From Tubiluchus corallicola (lineage: Eukaryota > Animalia > Priapulida): DNA of 64,000 nucleotides. The position numbers were made by a program, and so were the translations under genes. The notes below the pieces were generated by a model. That model ran no database searches. It saw nothing but the letters and a program-made list of their open reading frames with translations, and had not been told where the DNA came from. The stretch lies in NCBI GenBank assembly GCA_030141605.1, contig JAQGDQ010000318.1, positions 124,001 through 188,000 of the forward strand, given 5' to 3'. Shown one piece after another: positions 35,160 to 48,196 of this stretch. Within the stretch, counting starts at the first letter, position 1; every line of letters starts with the position of its first letter.

Positions 35160-35515
35160 CTCAACATAAACAAACTTGAACATGAACACAGCTATGTCTT
35201 GAACATGAACAAAATAATGTCTTAAACGTGAACAAACTTGAACATGAACAAAGCTGTCTTGAACATGAACAAAAGGATGTCTTAAACATGAACATACTTG
35301 AACATAAACAAAGGGATGTCTTGAACATGAACAAGCTAGAACATGAACAAAAAATGCCTCGAACATGAACAAACTAGAATATGAACAAAAGGGCGCCTTT
35401 GACATGAAAAAAAATTCAACATGGACAAAGGTATGTCTTGAACATGAACTAAGGTGTCTTGAACATGAACAAGAGGATGTGTTAAACATGAATGAACTTG
35501 AACATGAACAAACAA
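35160..35515. repeat. Degenerate short tandem repeat built on TTGAACATGAACA
   Basis: Direct reading. Confidence 0.88.
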
Positions 35516-35555
35516 TCACTTGCTACTTTTATGTCAGAATATGTTACCATCTTAC

Positions 35556-35729
35556 CATGTTCCGACTTGCTGACGCGAGAACGATTCGACGAACGCTGTC
35601 CCTTAGACGAACGCGATAGGGCGGATCCAGGATTGCAGGTAGTGCAACATTCGGCACAGACGGTGCTACACCTAGTGGCGGTGTCGGCAGACTTGCTTCG
35701 GTTGCTGGCTCTTTGAACACCTGTCCTCA
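35556..35729 (-). CDS. forked/espin-like gene internal exon (Cys/Ser/Arg-rich)
   Basis: tgtgttacag|(V)RTGVQRASNRSKSADTATRCSTVCAECCTTCNPGSALSRSSKGQRSSNRSRVSKSEH G|gtaaga; 174 bp, phase 1-1. Confidence 0.75.
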
Positions 35730-36021
35730 CTGTAACACAAAACGAAACACCTTTAAGATTCACCACAAAAGATAATTGAGACAGATGATAGTTTAAGTAG
35801 TTTCGTATGAGGTTAATTGGTCTAGAGCATGGGGTCTTGGGCATGCTTTGATGGCCAGCATCGTTTGTGCTTAACTCAAGTTTCAAGCAAAGGACTCCAG
35901 TAAAAATTTTCGTTCTACTCAGAGTCAGCTTTGTAATAATGGACGGAAATAGTTTTCTAATGCTGAATTTGGAAGCTTGTAGTTTTCATTTGAAAATAAG
36001 GAATACTTTCATTTTCGAAGT

Positions 36022-36022
<1 letters not shown>

Positions 36023-36055
<33 letters not shown>

Positions 36056-36266
36056 ACTCTCTCTCTCTCTCTCTTTGTCTCTCATCCACTCACTCACTCT
36101 CTTTGTCTCTCACTCTCTCTCTTTCTCTCCCACTCTTTCTCTTTGTCTCTCACTCACTCTCTCTCTCCCACACTCTTTCTTTGTCTCTCACTCACTCACT
36201 CACTAACTCACTCACTCACTCACTCACTCACTCACTCACTCACTCACTCTCTTTGTCTCTCACTCA

Positions 36267-36334
<68 letters not shown>

Positions 36335-36417
36335 TCTCTTTGTCTCTCACTCACTCTCTCTCTCTCTCTTTATCTCTCACTCACTCTCTCTCTCTCTTTG
36401 TCTCTCACTCACTCACT
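36023..36417. repeat. Compound (CT)n/(CACT)n microsatellite
   Basis: Direct reading. Confidence 0.97.
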
Positions 36418-36904
36418 AGTGTATCTGAAAAAACAATGTTTTCTATACCATAACTAGCGCGCTTTTGCGTGTGACGTATCTCATATGCACGTTCATTTGT
36501 TCATTAAGAGCAATGACACGTTCAAAGATAGACCTTATTGCCTATTAATGTATTCATTAAAGTGTCAGCAGGCATATATGCATAACCATATCAAATTTCG
36601 CACAACTGTAACCAGCTTTGATCCAGTAAATATATTCCATTGTGGAACTGTGATGGAACCTTGTATAGAATCTTGTATTACAGATCACGCCTTTTGTGTA
36701 AATAGAATTAAACAACATAAAAATAACGCCTGTTCTTCAACAGCTGGGGTAAAATTAGTAACACGGTAAAAGGTTAACAAACCCTTGTGGTATTTTTCAA
36801 GTAAAGTAATTAGATTTTGACTGTGTGATGGTTAAGCGTGGTTGTGGTGTCTTTGTTTAGTAAAACACAGAAGAGGTAACACTACAGACTTATTATAGAG
36901 AGTC

Positions 36905-37355
36905 CATTCATTCATTCAGTCATTCACTCATCCATCCAGTCACTCATTCGTACATTCATTCATTCAGTCGTTTATTCAATTATTCACATTCATTCATTCA
37001 TTCATTCATTCATTCATTCATTCATTCATTCATTCATTCATTCATTCATTCATTCATTCATTTATTCACACAGTCATTCACTCACTCAATCACTCACTCA
37101 CTCATTCATTCACACGCTCAATCATTCACCCTTTCATTCTTTCATTCATTCATTCACATATTCACTCATTCATTCATTCACTCGCTCAATCATTCACACA
37201 TTCGTTCATCCATTCATTCACTCATCCATTCAATCATTCAGTCACTCACTCACACATTCATTCATTCATTCATTCATTCATTCACCCATTCACTCATCCA
37301 TTCATTCACTCACTCATCCATTCAATCATTCAATCACTCATTCATTCAGTCATTC
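36905..37355. repeat. Imperfect (TCAT)n microsatellite
   Basis: Direct reading. Confidence 0.96.
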
Positions 37356-37357
37356 GT

Positions 37358-39963
37358 TATAACTGGGTTTGACTGTACTACAGCGTTCCTGCACAAACTG
37401 ACGCAAAGACAGGGGCACTATAACCGGGTTTGACTGTACTACAGCGTTCCTGCACAAACTGACGTAAAGACCGAGGCATTATAACCGGGTTTGGCTGTAC
37501 TGCAGCGTTCCTGTACATACTGATGTAAAGACGGAGGCATTATAACCGGGTTTGACTGTACTACAGCGTTCCTACACAAACTGACGTACAGACGGGGGCA
37601 TTATAACCGGGTTTGACTGTACTACAGCGTTCCTGCATAAACTGACGTACAGACGGAGGCATTATAACCGGGTTTGACTGTACTAAAGCGTTCCTACACA
37701 AACTGACGTACAGACGGAGGCATTATAACCGGGTTTGACTGTACTACAGCGTTCCTACACAAACTGACGCAAAGACGGGGGCATTATAACCGGGTTTGAC
37801 TGTACTACAGCGTTCCTGCATAAACTGACGTAAAGATGGGGGCATTATAACTGGGTTTGACTGTACTACAGCGTTCCTGCATAAACTGACGTAAAGATGG
37901 GGGCATTATAACCGGGTTTGGCTGTACTACAGCGTTCCTGCACAAACTGACGTAAAGACGGGGGCATTATAACCGGGTTTGACTGTACTACAGCGTTCCT
38001 GCACAAACTGACGTACAAACGGGGGCATTATAACCGGGTTTGGCTGTACTACAGCGTTCCTGCACAAACTGACGTACAAACGGGGGCATTATAACTGGGT
38101 TTGACTGCACTACAGCGTTCCTGCACAAACTGACGTAAAGACGGAGGCATTATAACCGGGTTTGGCTGTACAACAGCGTTCTTGCACAAACTGACGTAAA
38201 GACGGGGGCATTATAACCGGATTTGACTGCACTACAGCGTTCCTACACAAACTGACGTAAGGACGGGGGCATTATAACTGGGTTTGGCTGTACTACAGCG
38301 TTCCTGCACAAACTGACGTACAAACGGGGGCATTATAACTGGGTTTGGCTGTACTACAGCGTTCCTACACAAACTGATGTAAAGACGGGGGCATTATAAC
38401 CGGGTTTGGCTGTACTACAGCGTTCCTGCACAAACTGATGTAAAGACGGAAGCATTATAACCGGGTTTGACTGTACTACAGCGTTCCTACACAAACTGAC
38501 GTACAGACGGGGGCATTATAACCGGGTTTGACTGTACTACAGCGTTCCTGCACAAACTGACGTATAGACGGGGGCATTATAACCGGGTATGACTGTACTA
38601 CAGCGTTCCTACACAAACTGACGTAAAGACAGGGGCACTATAACCGGGTTTGACTGTACTACAGCGTTCCTGCACAAACTGACGTAAAGACCGAGGCATT
38701 ATAACCGGGTTTGGCTGTACTGCAGCGTTCCTGTACATACTGATGTAAAGACGGAGGCATTATAACCGGGTTTGACTGTACTACAGCGTTCCTACACAAA
38801 CTGACGTACAGACGGGGGCATTATAACCGGGTTTGACTGTACTACAGCGTTCCTGCATAAACTGACGTACAGACGGAGGCATTATAACCGGGTTTGACTG
38901 TACTAAAGCGTTCCTACACAAACTGACGTACAGACGGAGGCATTATAACCGGGTTTGACTGTACTACAGCGTTCCTACACAAACTGATGCAAAGACGGGG
39001 GCATTATAACCGGGTTTGACTGTACTACAGCGTTCCTGCATAAACTGACGTAAAGATGGGGGCATTATAACTGGGTTTGACTGTACTACAGCGTTCCTGC
39101 ATAAACTGACGTAAAGATGGGGGCATTATAACCGGGTTTGGCTGTACTACAGCGTTCCTGCACAAACTGACGTAAAGACGGGGGCATTATAACCGGGTTT
39201 GACTGTACTACAGCGTTCCTGCACAAACTGACGTACAAACGGGGGCATTATAACCGGGTTTGGCTGTACTACAGCGTTCCTGCACAAACTGACGTACAAA
39301 CGGGGGCATTATAACTGGGTTTGACTGCACTACAGCGTTCCTGCACAAACTGACGTAAAGACGGAGGCATTGTAACCGGGTTTGGCTGTACAACAGCGTT
39401 CCTGCACAAACTGACGTAAAGACGGGGGCATTATAACCGGGTTTGACTGCACTACAGCGTTCCTACACAAACTGACGTAAGGACGGGGGCATTATAACTG
39501 GGTTTGGCTGTACTACAGCGTTCCTGCACAAACTGACGTACAAACGGGGGCATTATAACTGGGTTTGGCTGTACTACAGCGTTCCTACACAAACTGACGT
39601 AAAGACGGGGGCATTATAACCGGGTTTGGCTGTACTACAGCGTTCCTGCACAAACTGATGTAAAGACGGAAGCATTATAACCGGGTTTGACTGTACTACA
39701 GCGTTCCTACACAAACTGACGTAAAGACGGGGAAATTATAACCGGGTTTGGCTGTACTACAGCGTTCCTACACAAACTGACGTAAAGACGGGGGCATTAT
39801 AACCGGGTATGACTGTACTACAGCGTTCCTGCACAAACTGACGTATAGACGGGGGCATTATAACCGGGTATGACTGTACTACAGCGTTCCTACACAAACT
39901 GACGTAAAGACGGGGGCATTATAACCGGGTTTGACTGTACTACAGCGTTCCTACACAAACTGA
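37358..39963. repeat. 61-bp satellite, ~43 copies, with 1220-bp higher-order repeat
   Basis: Consensus tataaccgggtttgactgtactacagcgttcctgcacaaactgacgtaaagacgggggcat; one-base slip per 60-nt line gives period 61. Confidence 0.98.
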
Positions 39964-40492
39964 TTTGCTTCACTTCACTTTCCAGTGTAATTATTTATTA
40001 TTTTTAGAGTTGATTGACCCGGCAGCCGAGAAATTATAATAAGCATTTTTTGTGCTCGACAAAAATTAATAACAGAACTCGATTAACATTCGAACAAATG
40101 AGTACACCAGCCAAAAGTCTGCTGCATTTACTCACAGACGCATAACTGATTTATGCCTTACTAATTTACTTTTGCTGTTTGCGAGAATAATTACTCGTAA
40201 TAGGTAACGCAAGGTGACCTATATGTCAACAAATGATTTCAGACTGCAATATTTGCATGGAAGGCACCGGCTTTTTGTTGGCTTGCCAAATTGTGCAAAC
40301 GGGTTGAGTGTAATTTGGGCAATTTTAGCTGCTTCATTCAATGAAACGGCAGTAAATCGTGTCAAATTGTCAATCCAAAACGATTCGATAAATTGCCGTG
40401 ATTCCTGAAATTACTGAGATCACATTTCCCCACTTAGCACTTTTGAACTATGCCCAACGAGGCTCATAGACTGAACTCGAATCCGAGAAACA

Positions 40493-40495
<3 letters not shown>

Positions 40496-40538
<43 letters not shown>

Positions 40539-40945
40539 GGAGAAGCGAGAAAAAGAGAGAAAGAAAGAGAGAGAGGGAGGGCCAATTTTGGCAGATGATT
40601 TCGGATTTAGATTTAGATTCGCATTAATTTATTTATCCATTTATACAAAATTAAAAGTTATGCAATTACAAATTAACAATGCATTGCATTAGCTATGAGC
40701 GCAACAGAAGAAATTAACTTATGAGCTATGCTCAACGTGGATAAGACTAAATTAATGATATAAACAACAACAACAACAAATACGTTAAATGGAACGAAGC
40801 AAACAGATCCGAGAAAACGATAATGACGATGATGATGATGAAGATGATGATAATGATAAAGATGATAACGAATGCGAAATTAATGCTGATGACAATGGTG
40901 GTGGTGCTGACAATGATAATGAATTGATGCAAATGGTGATGATGC
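40496..40945. repeat. (GA)n (40496-40580) and imperfect (GAT)n (~40818-40945)
   Basis: Direct reading. Confidence 0.9.
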
Positions 40946-41278
40946 GTCAGGATCGATGATATAAACCAAGTTTGCCATTTTTGCAGAGTTACGAAAATTG
41001 TGTTAAAATAATGAACTATAAAAAATATAAAGAAGTGTTATTTTCAACTTCGCGCGTGCAACAGAGATGGCAGCACCGCTGAAATGCCATTCACCTTAGA
41101 TGCACAACAGGCTTAAAATGCAACTATGTCGTGGTAATAATGACTTGTTCTCAGATAGTATTTGCTCAACCTCTTTGCTAGCGATTAGCGATACATCTTT
41201 CTTTTTCTTCATCTGTTAGAGCAATAAGACATGTAACAATATTTGCTACTTGATCTAGACACCAGCTTAACCAGCAGC

Positions 41279-41810
41279 TTAAGGGACAAGAAAAGGGGTA
41301 CCTGAAGTAGGTTTAAAGGACAAGAAAGGGGGTGCCTGAAGTAGGCTTAAAGGACAAGAAAAGGGGGTACCTGAAGTAGGTTTAAAGGACAAGAAAAGGG
41401 GGTACCTGAAGTAGGTTTAAAGGACTAGAAAAGGGGGTGCCTGAAGTAGGCTTAAAGGACAAGAAAAGGAGTACCTGAAGTAGGCTTAAAGGACAAGAAA
41501 AGAGGGTACCTGAAGTAGGTTTAAAGGACAAGAAAATGGGGTACCCGAAGTAGGTTTAAAGGACAAGAAAAGGGGGTACCTGAAGTAGTTTTAAAGGACA
41601 AGAAAAGTTGGTAGCTGAAGTAGGTTTAAAGGAGAAGAAAATGGGGTACCTGAAGTAGGTTTAAAGGACAAGAAAGGGGGGTACCTGAAGTAGGTTTAAA
41701 GGACAAGAAAATGGGGTACCTGATGTAGGTTTAAAGGACAAGAAAATGGGGTACCTGATGTAGGTTTAAAGGACAAGAAAGGGGGATACCTGAAGTAGGT
41801 TCAAAGGACT
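41279..41810. repeat. ~35-bp minisatellite (~15 copies) containing TTAAAGGACAAGAAAA
   Basis: ttaaaggacaagaaaagggggtacctgaagtaggt repeated; inverted copies at 28575-28662. Confidence 0.96.
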
Positions 41811-41984
41811 AGCAAATAGTGAAATACATGTAACAGCGAAGAACTAGTGGCGCAAACGTGAAATTGTTTATGTGATAATAATTCTTTCACGTGAGTCATT
41901 CTTAAAAAAATAGCACGTTTCCTTTCAATATTTAAAGAGTAGATTGTTTTGACCAATAGGTTAAGATTAAGTCCGGACTTTCTT
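41811..41984 (+). mobile_element. 3' fragment of Kolobok-like family A
   Basis: catgtaacagcgaagaactagtggcgcaaacgtg.. matches 15880-16042. Confidence 0.75.
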
Positions 41985-42079
41985 TTAACATTATTCTACC
42001 TTGTAGGCTTCTGAGCGTCAGTATATAACTGAAATATATATATCATCTTTATTCACACATAATGACTGCATTACATGTA

Positions 42080-42504
42080 ATAAATAATAGGGTAAGTAGT
42101 AATTATACACATTATGTTGTTAGTAGCGAATACAACATTTCATTAATATCATTAACTGTGAAACCTTCAATTACATATTCATTAAACAAAGTCCAGAACA
42201 GGATGTACGCTATTATGTTAACAGGTCTATGAGCATTAATATGTTGGTTCACGTGTGCTCTAATACGGTTTCTACCTAGAATACTTATTCTAGTATAGCG
42301 ATTTAACACAGCCAATGAGCAAAGAACTGGTTTAAAAGATAAATTCGTGTTACAATTCGCTTATGGAAGAGAATATCTAAAGGATATTATCAGCAATACA
42401 CAATGTCAAGCTGGAATGAAAATTCCTTGGCAAGTTGAAGATTCGTCTCAAAGACTTTTCTAGATTCAGTAAATAACTTTGACATTTTGTTCTTTGACAA
42501 ATCG
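42080..42504 (-). mobile_element. Old LINE 3' fragment
   Basis: Minus strand reads RK-LRRIFNLPRNFHSSLTLCIAD (frameshifted), resembling the post-RT region of non-LTR ORF2. Confidence 0.45.
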
Positions 42505-42508
42505 TTAA

Positions 42509-43056
42509 AGGAAAACCGGACGATTGTTTAAACTCAATCTCATTTTAATTTACTGTCCAAAATATACGTCCTCTTGCCTATAAAAGGTAACAATTGTTCC
42601 TTATTATATTTGAATAATTAGCTTAGAAAGTTAATTAACGGCAACCGAACACAGCTATTGCTTACGTCAGAAACTAACCACAGTTTGTGCAATGGCAGGC
42701 GTGTTTCCTTGCGCCTCAAGCTCGTTTGCGTAAGTATTACAGTACTGTTTAAACGCATGATGTCACGAAAAATTGGTTTTACGCCATATGACGTCAAAAA
42801 GACTGCAGTTCGTGATCATGCTTATCACGGTACCGCTTTTTATCTGTCGGCCATGTGAATGTGACAAAAAGACGCCGCTGCCAATCTTAGTAGATTCACT
42901 AGGCAGCGCGTGGCTTAGAAAGTTGAACACAATTTGAGTATCCGAGGTAATTATTATTTAATCTAAGCTTTGATTTAAAATAAGCTATTATAGTTTTCAA
43001 TATTTTAGAGCATTCTTTATTCTGAACTCGTCTTTACACAATCATCCGGTTTTCCT
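42509..43056 (-). mobile_element. Kolobok-like family B copy 2
   Basis: TTAA|AGGAAAACCGGACGATTGT ... ACAATCATCCGGTTTTCCT|TTAA (19-bp TIR). Confidence 0.9.
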
Positions 43057-43493
43057 TTAATTGAACATACATAGAAGGAGCAGAAATAAGCATAAAACAA
43101 TTTAAGCATTACTCGTCTATCTGTCACTGACTTAAAGGGACACAAAATGGCCGGTCTAATTCATTGAAATCCGCCAGGAATTGTCTCTTAGCGCTAAAAT
43201 CCCATCTATTTTTGGTGTGAAACGAGCAAATAAGATGGACAATCTAACCTTCAGTACTGAAGTGAATAATGAAGTGACCATGAGAGCCCATTTGCAATAA
43301 TTTTCACTGAACAAATAGCTAATATTATAAATAATTGGTACGAGAGGAATTCAATTTCGAGAGGAAATAATGAGAGGATTCAACAAAGGCTGTACACCTG
43401 CACATATTTTGGACTTAACAGTAAACACAGTACCGATAAAAATATTTTCAAATTCCAAAATGGAAGCAATTCTGTGGAAAAGATGGAACTAGT

Positions 43494-43497
<4 letters not shown>

Positions 43498-43538
<41 letters not shown>

Positions 43539-43835
43539 GGAGACAGAGAGAGAGAGAGAGAGAAAGAGAAAAACAATGAGAAAGAGAGGGAGAGAAAGAG
43601 AGACAGAGACAAAGACAGAGAGAATGAGAGAGAGATGGAGAGAGAAAGATAGAGAGGCAGAGACAGAGGGATAGAAAAAGATAAAAAGCGAGAGACAGAA
43701 AGAGAGAGAAAGAGAGAGAGAGAGACGGAGAGAGAGAGAAAGAGAGAAAGAGAGAGAGAGAAAGAGAGAAAGAGAAAGAGAGAAAGACAGAGACAGAGAG
43801 AGAAAGAGAAAGCGACACGCACACACGCACACGCA

Positions 43836-43867
<32 letters not shown>

Positions 43868-43876
43868 CACACACAC
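43498..43876. repeat. Compound (GA)n/(CACG)n/(CA)n microsatellite
   Basis: Direct reading. Confidence 0.97.
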
Positions 43877-44944
43877 TTACGGGATTACAGCATTTTGCAA
43901 TAAAATTAAAAAGTATACAGACTAAAGTTTAAAATATTCATATTTGGTTGTTTTCTACGAACTTTACCATAAAAAGAAAAAAGGAGGACCAATCAAAGCT
44001 TAGTACACTGTTACCAATAGCCACAGTCACATTAAATTTTAATAACTATTTTTTTTCAAAGGATACAAATGTAATCCTTCCTTCGTTTGTCAACAACAAA
44101 AAGTTTTGCAGCAAAAATATTCAACCGAACGATGTCTTCTCAGTAAGATCTACTATGTTTCAGTCTAACCATCTTACCTACCTCTCCCCTACACAGTGAC
44201 ACAGCAAAAGGACAGATGATTGGGGTGAAGACTGACGAGTGCACTACCTGGGGGCAGGTTAATTACAGGTGCGAGACATTTCCGGTACAAAGAGCAAACC
44301 TTTCTATTTCGTTACCTGCCCATCCAGGACAGGTGTTCAAATGTCCATTGCTCATCCCTAGCTAAGCCCACAGGTGCAAACAAGTTTTTTTTGTGAATAA
44401 CGGTCTATGCAGCATCTGTGCAGGTGGTCACACAAAGAATGTGGGAGGAAGTGAAGTGGACATTAAAAGGTTACCATGGTTACGGGGAAATATTAATGCG
44501 TGACCAGGATAACTTGTTGCACGACACATAATAAGGTGAATTATTATACGGCTGATATACACCATATCTTGCTACATAAATTTCCCTGGAATCATTCCCA
44601 GAAAAAAAAGGATTATGAACGTCCAAGAAAAAAACAGTCAAATTACTTTCATTACGTGTAATTCCATTTTTAATTAATTATACGTATATCTGCATTTTGG
44701 AAGTAAGCGTATTGCGTTTTTGAAATAATCGTGTGTGTAATTGTGTTTTCGTATTAACTATACGCACAATTAATTGTAAGTGTAGGGCTAACTGTATTTT
44801 TGTGAACTGGTCGTACATGTATTTACAAATATGGATCAACTGATTAAACGTACATGTAATTCGTGGTGGAATCACACATATACAGTTACTCGTATTGCAA
44901 TGTGTATATGTGATTGCATTTTTTAAAAACTCTTTGTGTAAATT

Positions 44945-45540
44945 TCACTTTCGAATTAACTGTATGTGTAACTGCATTTTCGAATTAATTGAATGTGTAA
45001 CTGCACTTTCCAATTAACTGTATGTGAGACTGCACTTTCGAATTAACTGAATGTGTAACTGTACATTCGAATTAACAGTATGTGTAACTGCATTTTCGAG
45101 TTAACTGTATGTGTAATTGCATTTTCGAATTAACTGTATGTGTAACTGCATTTTCGAATTAACTGTATGTGTAACTGCACTTTCGAATTAACTGTATGTG
45201 AGATTGCACTTTCGAATTAACTGAATGTGTAAGTGCTCTTTCCAATTAACTGTATGTGTAACTCCACTTTCGAATTAACTGTATGTGAGATTGCACTTTC
45301 TAATTAACTGAATGAGTAACTGCTCTTTCGAATTAAGTGTATGTGTAACTGCACTTTCGAATTAACTGTATGTGTAACTGCATTTTCGAATTAACTGAAT
45401 GTGTAACTGCATTTTCGAATTAACTGAATGTGTAACTGCTCTTTCCAATTAACTGTATGTGTAACTGCATTTTCGAATTAACTGTATGTGTAACTGCATT
45501 TTCGAATTAACTGTATGTGTAACTGCATTTTCGAATTACC
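44945..45540. repeat. 29-bp minisatellite (~20 copies; degenerate extension to ~44690)
   Basis: attttcgaattaactgtatgtgtaactgc, e.g. starts at 45121 and 45150. Confidence 0.96.
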
Positions 45541-46247
45541 AGCATGACTAATGGCATAGTATTTTTTGCACTCGCACTACATTACACTTACAATAACCAG
45601 CTAGGTATTGCTTTGCAAATTTATTTGAAATAAATAAAGTTTATATATTTTTATATAAGATCCTAGATCCAATTCCTGTAAGAAATCTTCGTGTAACTCT
45701 CACGATTAATAGCTAACCCCAATTATTGTTGTTATTATAATTATTCACCTGAAATTTTCATGATAATTTTGAAGTTTTGAAGCACCAGAGGGCATTCTAG
45801 ACAAGGTCTGGGCGAGAGAGTTTTTAAAGCTATGCCACACCTTTATTTTGCACAAAAACTGACATCTATCGGGTATTAAACGAGTGAAAATTAGAAAATA
45901 ATCGAACTATTATTAGCCGCAGCACAATAAGCAACTACATCTTTGACTACCTCAGACAATAGCAGCGCGTCATAGATATATAAATATTTGACAAGTTCTT
46001 CTTACGCCTAATAGCCTTTAACCTAATTACGTGTTGGCATTGTCAAGAATTACAAATGGCTACTTTAACAATGATAATGGCAAGTTGTCAGAAGTTGAAA
46101 AAGTGGGGCGCCTGCGCGTTCTTTTCAATAGAATTCGTTTGTTCACGTGGCTAAGTAAACAATGATCAATACACATGGCCAAAATTAGTCTAAAAGGACT
46201 TATGCTAGCTAATATTTGCACTGCAATCATTTGATAGTTTACGAAAC

Positions 46248-46610
46248 CAGCAATGTTGTAATAGTCATTTGGTATTAGAACTTTCAGATGTCCTTTAAAT
46301 ACTGAAAAGTTAGTAATACAGTGAACTATGACTGCTGGATAAGTACCAGCCAACCGACCAATCAACCAAATAGCAATGTTGTAATACTGTTTGGGTATTA
46401 TAACTGTTAGATGTCCCTTTAAATACTGAAAAGTTATTAATACAGTGAACTATGACTGCTGGATAAGTACCAGCCAACCGACCAATCAACCAAATAGCAA
46501 TGTTGTAATACTGTTTGGGTATTATAACTGTTAGATGTCCCTTTAAATACTGAAAAGTTATTAATACATTAAAGTATTACTGCAGGGTAAGTACCAGCCA
46601 ACCGACAAAC
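46248..46610. repeat. ~123-bp tandem triplication followed by (CAAC)-rich tract
   Basis: agcaatgttgtaata...ggataagtaccagccaaccgac three times. Confidence 0.92.
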
Positions 46611-48196
46611 AAAAAAAACCAAATAACCAACCAACAAAGCAACTGACTGACCAACTGACCAACACACTGAACAACCAACTAAACAACCAAGCAACTGAAC
46701 AACCAACTAAACAACCAAGCAATGACCGACCAAGTAATCAACCTGCCAGCCAACTAACTAACTAACCAACTCACCAACAAACAAATGTAAATCAAGCAGA
46801 CATGTTCAAAATGAGAAACTAATTTCCCATTCAAATGATAAAAACAAAAAAAAAATCTTGAAAATAAAATGTTATTGAACTGAACGCAAATGTGAAGGTT
46901 TTACCTGACGTACATAAACGATAACAATCAAATTTATTTTAGGGTTTGTTTATTTGTTTGAATGATTTTTATTTGTTTGGCATTATTTATCATTATTTCA
47001 TTGTTTATTTTCATACAGTAATTTATTGTACTAACTTATATGGCCTTAACAAAAAACTGGTCTTAGTTTCAAAACTCAAAACAAATACTACAGCGTCCCA
47101 AGCGGAATTCTACTGTACTACCTGTGTTACCAAACGTCGGCGCTAAAATTTACTAAAATTATTTGACTAGATAATTGGAATAATTACACATTACTCTCAT
47201 TAACAGTTTGGTTCCAAAAACAAGAACCTGCCTTCAAGAAATTAGATCTATGACCTATCGGCGTCACGACCACAGTGACAACAAACGCCTGAATTTAGTT
47301 AAACTTCCTTGTATAGACAGTCAGACAACAAACAGTGATTATAGTCAGTAATTTAACTATAACAAGGAACGATTTACTTCGGTTTAATTATTACGTAATC
47401 AATCTAATTATGCAGAATAATTTCGGCTAAACTTTCTCACGTGTAATTAACGAGAACAATTGAAATGACTGTGAAAAGCGTGGGCCATTTGTGTTCGCTT
47501 GTTCCGTGCAGTAAAACGAATGATGGAGTCATTGTTTAGCTGATGTAAACAACGCCGTTTTACCAGACTTTGCACAATATCAGAAAGAAATGACATCAGA
47601 CCAAAGAGTGTTTTCCGAATTTTGAGTCGAGAATGAAACAAATACCTCGAACTTTGGTCTATTTTTTGGAGAAACAGAGACCAAAGCAAAAAAAAAAACT
47701 CCGAGACAAGTACGCACCACTGCAGTAATTTGCACGTCATAGATATGCTTTAAATGAAAATATCGGTGGTCCCTTAGCGTCATAGAAAGGATATCCTGTT
47801 TTTAATGAAAACAAGGCTACATTGCATTTGTCGCAATTTAGATAAACAAACCTTTAGAAACAAACAATCGAACGGACGGCCAGACAGACAGGCGCACAAG
47901 CAGTAAATAAACAAACGTACAAGAATACATGAACAAACAAACACAGTAAAGGAATGCTTGGCACTTTGCAAAAATTGCACGTGACGTGTCTATATAAGTG
48001 AATAAATTATACAATAACTGATTCAGAAACCTTCTTTGACAAAAAGGTCACCAATCTAGCTACACGATAGTGATAGTGACAACTATGTCTATATATCCAT
48101 GCCACAAAAATATAAAAGAATAAAGAGCAAATGATACTGAATTTCTAACTGAACATATGCAGTTCAGTACAGTTTAGTACATCAACTGTAACTTAC

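Noticed and set aside
37358-39963. CRISPR-like array (also 54315-54630, 41279-41810)
   Set aside because: Units are contiguous with no unique spacers, there are no cas genes, and the context is eukaryotic
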